DNA of 64,000 nucleotides from a bacterium (GCA_963693055.1 OY843751.1:800001-864000); one strand, 5' to 3'; positions 1-9,941 are shown, numbered from the stretch's first letter. Numbers and translations are program-made. The notes: generated from the sequence alone by a model not told the origin.

Positions 1-261
1 GATGAGGTTTTGGCCGCCGTCTCCGCGGGTAAGCGAAAGATAGGCTGAACGGTATTTTCTGTCTTTGGAGAGGTAGGCAAGCAGTCCGGTGTTTTCATCA
101 TCCGGGTGGGCGGCAAGATAGAGCACACTTGCCAGTACATTCAGCTTTTGCAGAGCGATTTGTAAATCCGCAGAAGTTTGGGTATGTACCGGCTCTACTT
201 TTGAATACAAGCCAGTGGATAATACCAGAACCAGCAAAATAGTTGATATAGATTTTTTCAT
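1..261 (-). CDS. PIG-L/LmbE family deacetylase, N-terminal part (runs off window; not in ORF track)
   Basis: Manual translation from ATG at 261: MKKSISTILLVLVLSTGLYS...VLYLAAHPDDENTGLLAYLS...YLSLTRGDGGQNLI. Has a signal peptide plus the HPDDE and TRGDGG motifs of PIG-L. Confidence 0.9.
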   Translation of the reverse strand, partial: MKKSISTILLVLVLSTGLYSKVEPVHTQTSADLQIALQKLNVLASVLYLAAHPDDENTGLLAYLSKDRKYRSAYLSLTRGDGGQNLI

Positions 262-483
262 ACGTTTTCTTTTCCGGAGAATAGATTACAATCCGTTTGA
301 TATTCAATGAATATTTATGATATATAATAAAATAATGGGAGTAATTATTTCAATAAAATGATAGTGTTGTTCAGGGAAAAAGTATATTAAAATCTCATCT
401 TTTTTTAATTCTGATTAAACGTTTTTCTTATATTGCAGTATCACTAGTAAACAATGAACAATAAAATTTAAGAGCCGGGGATT

Positions 484-1062
484 GTGGGAAAAAAGCAATA
501 CGCCGAGATTGAAACGGATATTCTTGTAAAAGCTCAAGCGGGTGATGTTGACGCGTTCAGGGTAGTATATGATTTTTATTTTGAACGGGTGAATCATGTT
601 GTCATGCGAATGATAGGAGAACACTGGCGTAAAGACGCGGTACAGGAAGTGTTTATTCGTGTATTCAAATCTCTGCACCAGTTTAATACGCAAAAAAAGT
701 TTTTTACCTGGTTGTATAAAATAACAATGAATGTCTGTTTTGATTATTTGAAAAAGAACCGGCACATCTCTAATAATGACACCCTGGAGTCAGAAAATTT
801 AGATGAGATAGCGTTTTGTTCAATTGGTAACCAGGTTTTTGATCAGGATGATGAATTGTTTGGAATAGTGAATGAATTGATGAAAAGGCTGGGACCCAAT
901 CAGAGAGCGGTATTTATGATGCGAGATATTGACGGATTTGAGATTAGTGAAATTTCTCAGATTATGAAATGCACAAAATCTACTGTACGCGCACAGCTTC
1001 ATTTTGCTCGTAAAGCTGTACGGAATTGGCTGCTTGAAGAATATCCCGAATATAAAAGGTGA
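484..1062 (+). CDS. ECF (sigma-70 group 4) RNA polymerase sigma factor
   Basis: Region 2 (DAVQEVFIRVFKSL, FFTWLYKITMN) and region 4 HTH (EISQIMKCTKSTVRAQLHFAR). Overlaps the next gene. Confidence 0.93.
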   Translation: MGKKQYAEIETDILVKAQAGDVDAFRVVYDFYFERVNHVVMRMIGEHWRKDAVQEVFIRVFKSLHQFNTQKKFFTWLYKITMNVCFDYLKKNRHISNNDTLESENLDEIAFCSIGNQVFDQDDELFGIVNELMKRLGPNQRAVFMMRDIDGFEISEISQIMKCTKSTVRAQLHFARKAVRNWLLEEYPEYKR

Positions 1063-1595
1063 TGAATATGGATTGTAATCATATAAAAGAAAAATTATAT
1101 CTCTTTGTCAGCAATGATCTGCCTAAAAGAGAGAACAAGATTGTTCAGCAACATTTGCGCATATGCGAGACATGTAGGTTGGAACTAAACGATATTAAAG
1201 ATACAATAACAGATATTGCTGCATTAGACAGACCGGTTGTCTTGGATGATGGAAAAGAACAGGTCTGGAACAACATGTTACCGGAACTTAATTTAGTTAA
1301 ATCCCCGGTAAAGAGACAATACAATCCATTTTTGATCATCCGGAAACGTGTACCGGTTTATGGCTGGCTTGCGGTAGCAATGTTGCTGCTCATCATTGCA
1401 ATCGTATCAGAACAGGGCAGAGAAGGGGATGATACAGCTTTACAAATACCAGCCCTAACGGAAAATGATGCTGTGCATGCTGAAAATGAGGTTACGGTAG
1501 TAAATTTTCAGACCAGTGATCCAAACATCCGGATTGTCTGGTTTTTTGACAGTGATTTTTCACTGGACGCGGAAGCATTGAAAACATTGAAATAA
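1059..1595 (+). CDS. Zinc-binding (ZAS/zf-HC2) transmembrane anti-sigma factor
   Basis: HLRICETC (HxxxCxxC), one TM helix (WLAVAMLLLIIAIV), coupled to the ECF sigma gene. Confidence 0.88.
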   Translation: MMNMDCNHIKEKLYLFVSNDLPKRENKIVQQHLRICETCRLELNDIKDTITDIAALDRPVVLDDGKEQVWNNMLPELNLVKSPVKRQYNPFLIIRKRVPVYGWLAVAMLLLIIAIVSEQGREGDDTALQIPALTENDAVHAENEVTVVNFQTSDPNIRIVWFFDSDFSLDAEALKTLK

Positions 1596-1616
1596 CGATT
1601 ATAAAGGAGCTCGATC

Positions 1617-2792
1617 ATGAGATTTAGACTAATTACAACGGTATTGCTGGTATTGTTGTCCGGTTGTGTGGTTTTAGCAGAAGGAACTGGACGATTAGTC
1701 GGTCAAATTACAAAGTTTGATAATGGTAAACCTGTACCTTTTGTGAATATCAATTTAATCGGGACCAGTTTTACTGTACAATCTGATGTGGATGGTAATT
1801 ACATGATTGAAAATATACCAGAAGGTAAGTACAATTGTGTAGCAAAAAGTGCTCTGCTTGGAGGCGGAACACATTTTCGGGTTGAAATTAAAAAGAATAA
1901 AACCAAAAATAAAAATGTTGTTTTAAATTTTCCAATAGATACAAATCCGGTCAAGGTTAAAGGAAAGGTAATTGACCACAAAACACAATTGGGACTCAAG
2001 GGCGCTAAAGTCATTATAGAGAATTCGGACCAGGGCGTTGTAACGGATGAGAACGGTTATTTTGAATTCCCGCCTGTGTTATCAAAAATATATACGTTCA
2101 AAATTGCGGCTGCCGGTTATGAAACTGAATTTGCAAATGATATCGTTCTGGGACCGGAAGCAATAAAGGAAATGGACTTTTATTTAAAACCGCAACCGGT
2201 CCTGATCAGCAATACTTTTGTATTGAAACATAAAACCATACACAATCTCTATCAAAATTTTGAAGTGCTAATGGATGAGGGAATGGTCTTTTCACGCCAA
2301 AGTGATTACCGTTTTACTGTAAAATGCACAAAAGAAAATATGAAAAAGATCGCTAAACTGGTAGAGCAATACGATGTACCCCTAAAACAAGTCTGGATCG
2401 AAGTTCGGCTGGTACTGGCATCTATGGAAAAAAAGGCGGGTAGCACGCTTCCGCAGGAACTCAAAGCGGTAGAAGAACAGTTCAAAACCTTGTTTCGTTA
2501 TCAGAATTACGAGATACTTGATGATGCCAAAGTTATGGTGGTTGAAGATAATGGTTGTTTTCTTACAATTGGGGGCGGTAAATTTGCGGTAAATGTTTCC
2601 AAAGTTGAAATACATAATGATATTATCAATTTGAACAATTTTACACTTGAACAAACCGGTAACGAAGCGAAAACAATTTTGTCAACTTTTGTAAACCTTA
2701 CAATAGGAGATACTGTGGTACTGGGCGCTTCCAATGTGGATAACAGTAAATACGCGCTTATTGTTACGGTTAATGCAAATGTGGTTAAATAA
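1617..2792 (+). CDS. Exported protein: two carboxypeptidase-regulatory-like domains plus secretin-N-like and reduced secretin-like C-terminal region
   Basis: Signal peptide; two G.I.D....P...V.I...G..TD.DG.F/Y repeats; C-terminal DVPLKQVWIEVRLV and STFVNLTIGDTVVLG resemble secretin motifs. Confidence 0.7.
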   Translation: MRFRLITTVLLVLLSGCVVLAEGTGRLVGQITKFDNGKPVPFVNINLIGTSFTVQSDVDGNYMIENIPEGKYNCVAKSALLGGGTHFRVEIKKNKTKNKNVVLNFPIDTNPVKVKGKVIDHKTQLGLKGAKVIIENSDQGVVTDENGYFEFPPVLSKIYTFKIAAAGYETEFANDIVLGPEAIKEMDFYLKPQPVLISNTFVLKHKTIHNLYQNFEVLMDEGMVFSRQSDYRFTVKCTKENMKKIAKLVEQYDVPLKQVWIEVRLVLASMEKKAGSTLPQELKAVEEQFKTLFRYQNYEILDDAKVMVVEDNGCFLTIGGGKFAVNVSKVEIHNDIINLNNFTLEQTGNEAKTILSTFVNLTIGDTVVLGASNVDNSKYALIVTVNANVVK

Positions 2793-2807
2793 TATCTATT
2801 CTTTATT

Positions 2808-2838
2808 TTACCCTCCGGTTATACCGGAGGGTAATTTC
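2808..2838 (+). terminator. Intrinsic terminator-like hairpin after the ECF operon
   Basis: TTACCCTCCGGT-tat-ACCGGAGGGTAA perfect 12-bp stem followed by TTT. Confidence 0.75.
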
Positions 2839-2924
2839 CATTCATTAAAATTTCAATCCTTACATTTTTCATTGATTTTCATCTGAAATTTATGTATTAA
2901 TCAATACACAGAAATAATATCAGT

Positions 2925-5351
2925 ATGAGGATGGATTTAATGGAAAATTTTGAAAAGCTGGGTGCGTTTTACCTGGGTAAAAATATGGGACTGGATCAGA
3001 AATTAAGCGATGAATTGTGCCTGCTGGATTCCAAAGACCTGACCACGCATGCCGTGTGTGTGGGCATGACTGGCAGCGGTAAAACCGGTCTTTGTGTGTC
3101 GCTTTTGGAAGAGGCGGCAATGGACAATATTCCTGCGCTGATCATTGATCCCAAAGGTGATATGACCAATCTGCTGCTCAATTTTCCGGATTTGTCTATG
3201 GAAGAGTTTCTACCCTGGATCAACGAGAGTGAAGCGAGCAAAAAGAATTTATCTCCCGAAGAATATGCCGCCAAACAGGCCGAACTGTGGAAAAACGGTC
3301 TGGCGCAGTGGGGCCAGTCCGGTGAGCGGATTCGAGCCATGAAAGAAAAGACCGAGTTTTCTATCTATACGCCGGGCAGTACAGCGGGACTGCCAGTATC
3401 CATACTCAGTTCTTTTGCCGCACCGGATGCGGCTATTCTGAATGATATGGATGCCTTTGGTGATCGAATAGAAGCAACTGTCAGCAGCTTGCTGGGATTG
3501 CTGGATATAGACGCAGACCCCATCCAGAGCAGGGAGCATATATTGCTTTCTACCATTCTGAAACATTTCTGGCAGCAGGGTAAAGACCTTGACCTGCCAA
3601 CACTGATCCTTTCTGTACAGAAACCACCTTTTAAACAGGTGGGTGTATTTGATATTGAACAGTTTTTCCCCGCGAATAACCGGTTCAAGCTGGCCATTAC
3701 CATGAACAATTTAATGGCCTCACCGGGATTTCAGAGCTGGCTTGAGGGAGAGGCGCTGAATATTGACCGGATGCTCTATAATCAGAACGGCAAGCCCCGT
3801 CACTCTATATTTTACATCGCCCATTTGTCAGATACGGAACGCATGTTTTTTGTGTCACTGCTGTTGAATCAGGTCTTGTCTTGGGTGCGCAGTCAGAATG
3901 GTACTTCAAGCCTGCGGGCGTTGCTCTATTTTGACGAGCTGTTTGGATATCTTCCGCCTGTTGGCAATCCTTCTTCCAAAAAGCCATTAATGACGTTGTT
4001 AAAGCAGGCGCGTGCCTTTGGACTGGGTGTGGTCATGGCAACCCAGAATCCTGTTGATCTGGATTATAAAGGCCTGTCGAACACCGGCTGCTGGTTTATT
4101 GGTAGACTGCAGACCGAGCGTGACCGCGAGCGTGTAATTGACGGATTACTTTCCACTGGTGGAGAAAAAGCGGGGTTCGATAAAAAAACTTTGAACACAA
4201 CCATTGCGGGACTGGACAAGCGCGTATTTCTACTGCACAATGTGCATGAAGATGCTCCCGTATTGTTTCATACCCGCTGGGCCATGTCATATTTATGTGG
4301 TCCGCTTACACGGCCGCAAATCCAAAAGCTGAAACAAGGCGCAGTAGCGGCAGCAACTCCTTCCGTATCGGTAAAAACAGCCGCCAAGGCAGAGAAATTA
4401 CCGGCTCCCCCAATGTTTGATCCGGATGTTACGGTCTTGTATGCACCTGTGCGTAAATCAGTTGCAGAGACTGAAAAAATAGAATATCGCCCCTGTTTAT
4501 GGGCGGGCGGTAGTGTGTCGTATTCCAGCAAGAAATATGGTATTGAGCACCAACAGACCCTGCGCAATGTATTCATGATACAGGATGAAATTGTACCGGT
4601 CAACTGGGAGCAGGCATATGTGCCGGATCTGGATGAAAATTATCTGCTGCGAGAACCGGATGTAAATGCAGGCTTTGCACCGGTACCCGCAAAAGCAAAG
4701 GATGGAAAACAATATGCTGCCTGGAAACGCGAGTTAACTGATCATCTTTATAAATTCAACAAGCTGGACCTGTTCAAGAGCCCTACTTTGGATATGGTAT
4801 CGTATCCCGGAGAGAGCGAGCGGGATTTCCGCATCCGGTTGTCACAGGTAGCGCGGGAGCAGCGGGATGAATGGACAGAGCAGCTTCGTGACAGTTATGC
4901 GAAGAAAATCGACAGTCTGGAGAAAAAGCTGGAACGGGCCAAAGATAAGGTTGCCCGTGAAGAACAGCAGGCCAGTCAGCAAAAACTGCAAACCGTAATT
5001 TCCATTGGCACAACGCTGCTGGGCGCGTTTATGGGACGTAAAAAAATCTCCAGCACCACCGTTAGTCGCGCGGGTACGGTTGCACGTCAGGCAGGACGGT
5101 CAATGAAGGAAAGTCAGGACATAAAGATGGCTGAAGAGATCGTACGTGAACTTGAACAGGATTTGCAGGACCTGCAAGACCAGTTCCAATCTGAACTGGA
5201 TGAACGCGAAGCGCAGCTTGATATGCTGAATGAAAAACTGGAAGCCGAAAGTATCAAGCCCTTTAAAAAAGACATCCTGGTGCAGTTGATGACCTTTGTC
5301 TGGGTGCCGTGCAGAATTACTCCTGCTGGGGATGCTGAATTATTGGTTTGA
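2925..5351 (+). CDS. HerA/FtsK-superfamily ATPase (DUF87/DUF853-like) with C-terminal coiled coil
   Basis: Walker A GMTGSGKT, IIDPKGD, Walker B LYFDE, KQARAFGLGVVMATQNP; E/Q/K-rich C-terminus. Confidence 0.85.
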   Translation: MRMDLMENFEKLGAFYLGKNMGLDQKLSDELCLLDSKDLTTHAVCVGMTGSGKTGLCVSLLEEAAMDNIPALIIDPKGDMTNLLLNFPDLSMEEFLPWINESEASKKNLSPEEYAAKQAELWKNGLAQWGQSGERIRAMKEKTEFSIYTPGSTAGLPVSILSSFAAPDAAILNDMDAFGDRIEATVSSLLGLLDIDADPIQSREHILLSTILKHFWQQGKDLDLPTLILSVQKPPFKQVGVFDIEQFFPANNRFKLAITMNNLMASPGFQSWLEGEALNIDRMLYNQNGKPRHSIFYIAHLSDTERMFFVSLLLNQVLSWVRSQNGTSSLRALLYFDELFGYLPPVGNPSSKKPLMTLLKQARAFGLGVVMATQNPVDLDYKGLSNTGCWFIGRLQTERDRERVIDGLLSTGGEKAGFDKKTLNTTIAGLDKRVFLLHNVHEDAPVLFHTRWAMSYLCGPLTRPQIQKLKQGAVAAATPSVSVKTAAKAEKLPAPPMFDPDVTVLYAPVRKSVAETEKIEYRPCLWAGGSVSYSSKKYGIEHQQTLRNVFMIQDEIVPVNWEQAYVPDLDENYLLREPDVNAGFAPVPAKAKDGKQYAAWKRELTDHLYKFNKLDLFKSPTLDMVSYPGESERDFRIRLSQVAREQRDEWTEQLRDSYAKKIDSLEKKLERAKDKVAREEQQASQQKLQTVISIGTTLLGAFMGRKKISSTTVSRAGTVARQAGRSMKESQDIKMAEEIVRELEQDLQDLQDQFQSELDEREAQLDMLNEKLEAESIKPFKKDILVQLMTFVWVPCRITPAGDAELLV

Positions 5352-5363
5352 GTTTTTAGATTT

Positions 5364-6470
5364 TTAGCTGTTGAGTTTTTCCAGGTATTGACGGGGAGAC
5401 ATGCCCGTAGACTCTTTGAACAGTCTGAAAAATGAAGAGCGAGAGTTGAATCCTGCCGCGCTGCTGACAGAGTCTATGGTCATTTCGTTAGGCAGGGATT
5501 GCAGCAGTTCCTTACTTTTTTCAACCCGATAATAATTTATGTAGGAGTGGAAATTGTCGTATCCCGACTTTTTAACGAGTAGAGTCAACCGGTATTTGGG
5601 TATACCGGAATACGCGGACAACTGGCTGATTGTGAGTTTAGGGTCAAGAAAAAGCTCTCGCGATTTCATAAATGCATCCAGGAATTGGATATCGTTACCT
5701 GATTTTGTTGGGGTTTCCGGATTTGTGTGCAATTCTATTTCCGATAGACCTTTGTGAAGAAACGCATGCAGGAATAAAAACAATGAAATAGCAAACATGA
5801 AAAATGAAGATGCTATAAAAACCACTCTGTTGTGTTGAGCTCCAAAAAGAGACAAGGCCTCAATAATACAGCTTGTAGCAATGATTACAATCACATATCG
5901 CATCCATACCAGGTGAGGAGATGTAGAAAAGGTAATCCTGTTAATGTGGAGCTTGAATTTTCTGTACAATAAAACGCTTTGATAGGCATAAACAATGGCT
6001 TGAATAAATGAAATGATGCGTGCGTTTACAAATAAATTCGAGTACCGGTTATAGGGGACCCATCCTGATTTTAGCAGATTGTCAAAAAAGGAATGGTTGG
6101 CTGAGGGATTTTGGTTTGGAAAAGCCGGGGTAATGAATACCGAAATGATAAGCAAAATAACCGGAATTGTAAAATGTAACCAATCCCGCGGCTGCATGTT
6201 TTTGTCCTTTTTTCCCAATTTGTAAAAATAGATCCATATCAGGGGAATGAAAATTACTTTGAATGTACCGGTGATATATAGTAACCACGAAAGATCAGTA
6301 TTAAAAGCAACCATTACCGGGACTGACAGGTAGACTGCCCGCAGTAATATATTGCTGCTGACATATTCAATTCCCTTTTGCGGATAAAATTGGCTGATCA
6401 AAAGCAGAGCAATCCCCAATGTAAAATGGATGATTGCGAGTGTAGAGAATACTATCGGTTGTATAGGCAT
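5364..6470 (-). CDS. AraC family transcriptional regulator with multi-TM N-terminal domain
   Basis: About 6-7 hydrophobic segments, then AraC double HTH (FHSYINYYRVEKSK...AGFNSRSSFFRLFKESTGMSP). Confidence 0.92.
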   Translation of the reverse strand: MPIQPIVFSTLAIIHFTLGIALLLISQFYPQKGIEYVSSNILLRAVYLSVPVMVAFNTDLSWLLYITGTFKVIFIPLIWIYFYKLGKKDKNMQPRDWLHFTIPVILLIISVFITPAFPNQNPSANHSFFDNLLKSGWVPYNRYSNLFVNARIISFIQAIVYAYQSVLLYRKFKLHINRITFSTSPHLVWMRYVIVIIATSCIIEALSLFGAQHNRVVFIASSFFMFAISLFLFLHAFLHKGLSEIELHTNPETPTKSGNDIQFLDAFMKSRELFLDPKLTISQLSAYSGIPKYRLTLLVKKSGYDNFHSYINYYRVEKSKELLQSLPNEMTIDSVSSAAGFNSRSSFFRLFKESTGMSPRQYLEKLNS

Positions 6471-6652
6471 TGGTAATTTTCAAATATAGAACAATTTACT
6501 AGCGTAATGTAATAACATTGTGGCAATAATTCAAGTATTTCCGAAAAGGTATAATGGGACATTTTTATCCCCAAAGAAGCTATTTGTCCCACTTTTACAA
6601 ACAGGTAGAATAACTTGATAATGACGGCATTTATTATACTGAATTTTCATGT

Positions 6653-6683
6653 TGTTGGGACTGGATTTTAGGGTGTTGGGACT
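6653..6683. promoter_or_regulatory. Candidate AraC-type operator: 10-bp direct repeat TGTTGGGACT at 21-bp period
   Basis: Identical TGTTGGGACT at 6653 and 6674 in the divergent intergenic region. Related TGGGACA/TGTCCCA inverted pair at 6555/6585. Confidence 0.55.
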
Positions 6684-6792
6684 TGAAAATCCTCTTAAAT
6701 ACAGTATTATTTTTTAATATGGCAATATTATTGACTAATATGTGCTAAACATGTATTCATAATGATATTGTACTAATTGACAGGAGATTCTT

Positions 6793-8829
6793 ATGCTGCT
6801 TGATAATTACGATTATTGCCTGAAAAAGGTGTTAAATGTTATTGTTGTGATATTTTATTTATTTCTGGGGACAGGTGTGTTTGCGCAAGAACTCACCATT
6901 GTGCAGAACTCGGGCAGTTTCAACTCTGGCCTGTGGCAGGTGACAAATAATGCCTCTGTCTCTTCTCAAATTGATTTAACACCAGCGGCCAGAACGCAAA
7001 AAGGAACGGCCTATTACAAACAGCGGGTTTACCTTGATAATGACCGCTCTTTTTCCGCATTTTTCCAGTTTGCATTGACAAATTCCAGTTCTTATTCGCC
7101 CCGCACACCGGGAGCAGATGGATTTTGTTTTGTGCTGCAAACCACGTCAAACACCGCTGGTAGTAGCGGACAAGGAATGGGATATGGCGGTGTTTCGCCT
7201 TCGGTGGCTGTCGAGTTTGATACCTATCAAAATACCTATCCTTCAGATCCTGATGAGGGAAACGTTGACGGCAAAACAGCTGATGGTGGGTACTATGGCC
7301 TGGGTTACAATCATGCCTCTATATTGCAAGGTGGATCTGTTACTAATCACCTGGATTATGAATATATTGATTTGAATAATGACGGAACGGTTGATTCCGA
7401 TAATCCTTTTCAGACCGGTATCTGGTCTGTATGGGTAGATTACAACGGTGTTAGCAATTTATTAGAGGTGCGTTATGTACAAAATTCCACAAGCCGGCCT
7501 GCTTCCGCAAACCTTTCTTATACAATTGATTTGTCTGGCGTTTTTTCGGAACGGGATGTGTTTGTAGGATTTTCTGCTGCTACAGGAAACGCCTGGTCAA
7601 AACACTCGATTACCAAATTCTTATTTGAAAATTCATATGCATCCTCCGGTTTGAGCAGCAGCAGTAGTTATAGTGCCGCTACACCTCCTGCTGCCCCGGA
7701 TGATCAGGAACTCTTTGTAACTTCTGGTGGCACTGTTAGCATTACCGCAGTAAGCAGCAGCGCGGGTGTAGATGAGTACCTTTGGTTTGACAGCAGTACC
7801 AGCGAGAACCCCATTGCTACCGGATCAGTGTATTCTACACCTGCATTGTCAGAAAATACAATATATTATGTAACAGCAGTGAATAACAGTACGGGCTTAC
7901 AAAGTACGTCTCGTGCGATAATTGATATAACTGTAAGCTCCAATCCAACGCCTAATGCGGCGCTGGACCCTTTCCCCGCAACCCATGCGACCGGGACAGA
8001 TCCCAACTCTACTCTGTCCTGGTCTGCTCCTACTGCCGGTGAAACGCCAACCGGGTACAAGTTATATTTGGGAACGGATGATCCTCCAACTAATTTGATA
8101 AATGGAATGGATTTGGGAAATGTAACTGAATATTCTTCTGCTACCTTGGGCGCATCTACATTGTATTATTGGCAAATTGTCCCCTATAATGATAATGGAG
8201 ATTGTACTACTGCACCGGTTTGGGATTTTACCACCAGTGATGCTTCGTTGCCTGTTGAGCTGTCCTTGTTTCAGGCAACAAGAAAGGGAAATACCGTAGA
8301 ACTTGTTTGGACCACCGAAAGTGAAATAGACAATGCAGGTTTTGAGTTGTGGCGCTCTGTTGATCAGGAACAATGGCAGCAGATTGCTTCATATAAAACA
8401 CATTGTGATCTTTTAGGCCAGGGATTCAGTTCGGTCAGCCAGCATTATAGCTTTGTGGATATGCAAGTGCCTGAAGGCGATGTGCGTTACAGACTGTTGG
8501 ATGTTGGTATTGACGGCAGCAAAGGGGAATGGCTCGAAACACAGGTCAGTCAGAGTGCTTTGCCAAAGCAATCTGTATTGTATAAAGCGTACCCCAACCC
8601 GTTTAATCCGCAAACAACGATTCGTTATGAACTTGCGGAAAAAACGAATGTTCAAATCCGGATTTTTAATGTAACCGGACAATGTGTTGCGTCTCTGGTT
8701 GATCAACAGTTGGATGCAGGGGCATATAGTATGGTATGGTCACCTCAAAATATGCCAAGCGGACTTTATTTTGTACACATGCAAACACAAGACTATCAAA
8801 CAACCAATCGGGTTTTATTTTTAAAATAA
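6793..8829 (+). CDS. Secreted legume(L-type)-lectin domain protein with Ig/FN3 domains and T9SS/FlgD-type CTD
   Basis: Signal peptide; GADGFCFV, SVAVEFDTY and VGFSAATG lectin motifs; LPVEL linker; YPNPFNP...SGLYFV CTD. Confidence 0.88.
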   Translation: MLLDNYDYCLKKVLNVIVVIFYLFLGTGVFAQELTIVQNSGSFNSGLWQVTNNASVSSQIDLTPAARTQKGTAYYKQRVYLDNDRSFSAFFQFALTNSSSYSPRTPGADGFCFVLQTTSNTAGSSGQGMGYGGVSPSVAVEFDTYQNTYPSDPDEGNVDGKTADGGYYGLGYNHASILQGGSVTNHLDYEYIDLNNDGTVDSDNPFQTGIWSVWVDYNGVSNLLEVRYVQNSTSRPASANLSYTIDLSGVFSERDVFVGFSAATGNAWSKHSITKFLFENSYASSGLSSSSSYSAATPPAAPDDQELFVTSGGTVSITAVSSSAGVDEYLWFDSSTSENPIATGSVYSTPALSENTIYYVTAVNNSTGLQSTSRAIIDITVSSNPTPNAALDPFPATHATGTDPNSTLSWSAPTAGETPTGYKLYLGTDDPPTNLINGMDLGNVTEYSSATLGASTLYYWQIVPYNDNGDCTTAPVWDFTTSDASLPVELSLFQATRKGNTVELVWTTESEIDNAGFELWRSVDQEQWQQIASYKTHCDLLGQGFSSVSQHYSFVDMQVPEGDVRYRLLDVGIDGSKGEWLETQVSQSALPKQSVLYKAYPNPFNPQTTIRYELAEKTNVQIRIFNVTGQCVASLVDQQLDAGAYSMVWSPQNMPSGLYFVHMQTQDYQTTNRVLFLK

Positions 8830-8860
8830 TAAATGTTTTTCTACCGGGATGGTGTAATCC

Positions 8861-8896
8861 AAAAAGGGAAATTCGATTGTTCGGATTTCCCTTTTT
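8861..8896. terminator. Bidirectional-type intrinsic terminator
   Basis: AAAAAGGGAAAT...ATTTCCCTTTTT stem followed by a T-rich tract. Confidence 0.75.
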
Positions 8897-9030
8897 GCTT
8901 TTTTAGCCACAGCTTATTACAGGCAGGTGCAATTAAATATATATCGTAAAAGTCCTGCTTTTTCATCACCTTGTCCTTGCGTCTTTAGTCCGAAATTTTT
9001 ATTTTTAAAAATATAAAAAAGGGAGAATAT

Positions 9031-9909
9031 ATGGAACGTATAGGATTTGTAGGCTTGGGCATTATGGGACTGCCCATGTGCAAGAACCTGCTCAAAGCCG
9101 GATACACCGTAACCGCATGGAATCGTACCGCATCCAAAATAGACGAGGCAGTAGCTGCGGGTGCCGTGGCTGGAGAATCGCCGACAGATGTTGCTGCAAA
9201 ATCAGATGTTATCATTACCATTGTTTCAGACACCCCGGATGTAGAGGCTGTTATTTTGGGCGAAAACGGGGTAATCAATGGAGCCAAACCGGGCAATGTG
9301 GTGATTGATATGAGCACCATATCACCGGCCGCCACTAGAGAAATGGCCCAGGCACTGAAAGATAAAAGCATTGATATGCTTGACGCTCCGGTAAGTGGTG
9401 GTGATACAGGCGCAATTGCCGGCACCTTGGCAATTATGGTCGGTGGAGATAAATCGGTTGTAGAACGCTGTATGCCGGTTTTTGAAGCTATGGGCAAGAG
9501 TATAACCCATGTTGGCATTAATGGTATGGGCCAGACCGTCAAGCTGTGCAATCAGATCTTGGTATCTGTAACTAATATGGCAGTATGCGAAGCGGTTACC
9601 TTTGCAAAACGGGCCGGACTCGATCCGCAGGTCATGATTGAAGCCGTCAAAAACGGTGCTGCGGGTTCATGGCAGCTCTCTAATCTGGGTCCTAAAATGG
9701 CTGATCGCGATTTTGCTCCGGGATTTATGATTGATTTGCAGCAAAAAGATCTGAGGCTGGCGCTGGAAGCAGCAAGAGATTCTCAAACCGCATTACCCGG
9801 ATTGGGATTGGTATACCAGTTATTTACCGGCTGCCAGGCAAACGGTCAGGGTAGTGAAGGTACCCAGGGTTTGATAAAAGCTATTGAAAGACTGGCTGGC
9901 GAAATGTAA
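9031..9909 (+). CDS. NAD(P)-dependent beta-hydroxyacid dehydrogenase (2-hydroxy-3-oxopropionate reductase/3-hydroxyisobutyrate DH family)
   Basis: GFVGLGIMG, DAPVSGG, catalytic K in VKLCNQ, KDL. Confidence 0.92.
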   Translation: MERIGFVGLGIMGLPMCKNLLKAGYTVTAWNRTASKIDEAVAAGAVAGESPTDVAAKSDVIITIVSDTPDVEAVILGENGVINGAKPGNVVIDMSTISPAATREMAQALKDKSIDMLDAPVSGGDTGAIAGTLAIMVGGDKSVVERCMPVFEAMGKSITHVGINGMGQTVKLCNQILVSVTNMAVCEAVTFAKRAGLDPQVMIEAVKNGAAGSWQLSNLGPKMADRDFAPGFMIDLQQKDLRLALEAARDSQTALPGLGLVYQLFTGCQANGQGSEGTQGLIKAIERLAGEM

Positions 9910-9941
9910 TTGTACATTCATGAGGGAAAGGCTTTTTTATT

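Noticed and set aside
2925-5351. HerA-based anti-phage system (SIR2-HerA, NurA-HerA) or VirB4/TraG
   Set aside because: No effector, nuclease or conjugation gene adjacent; flanked by a terminator and a convergent AraC gene.
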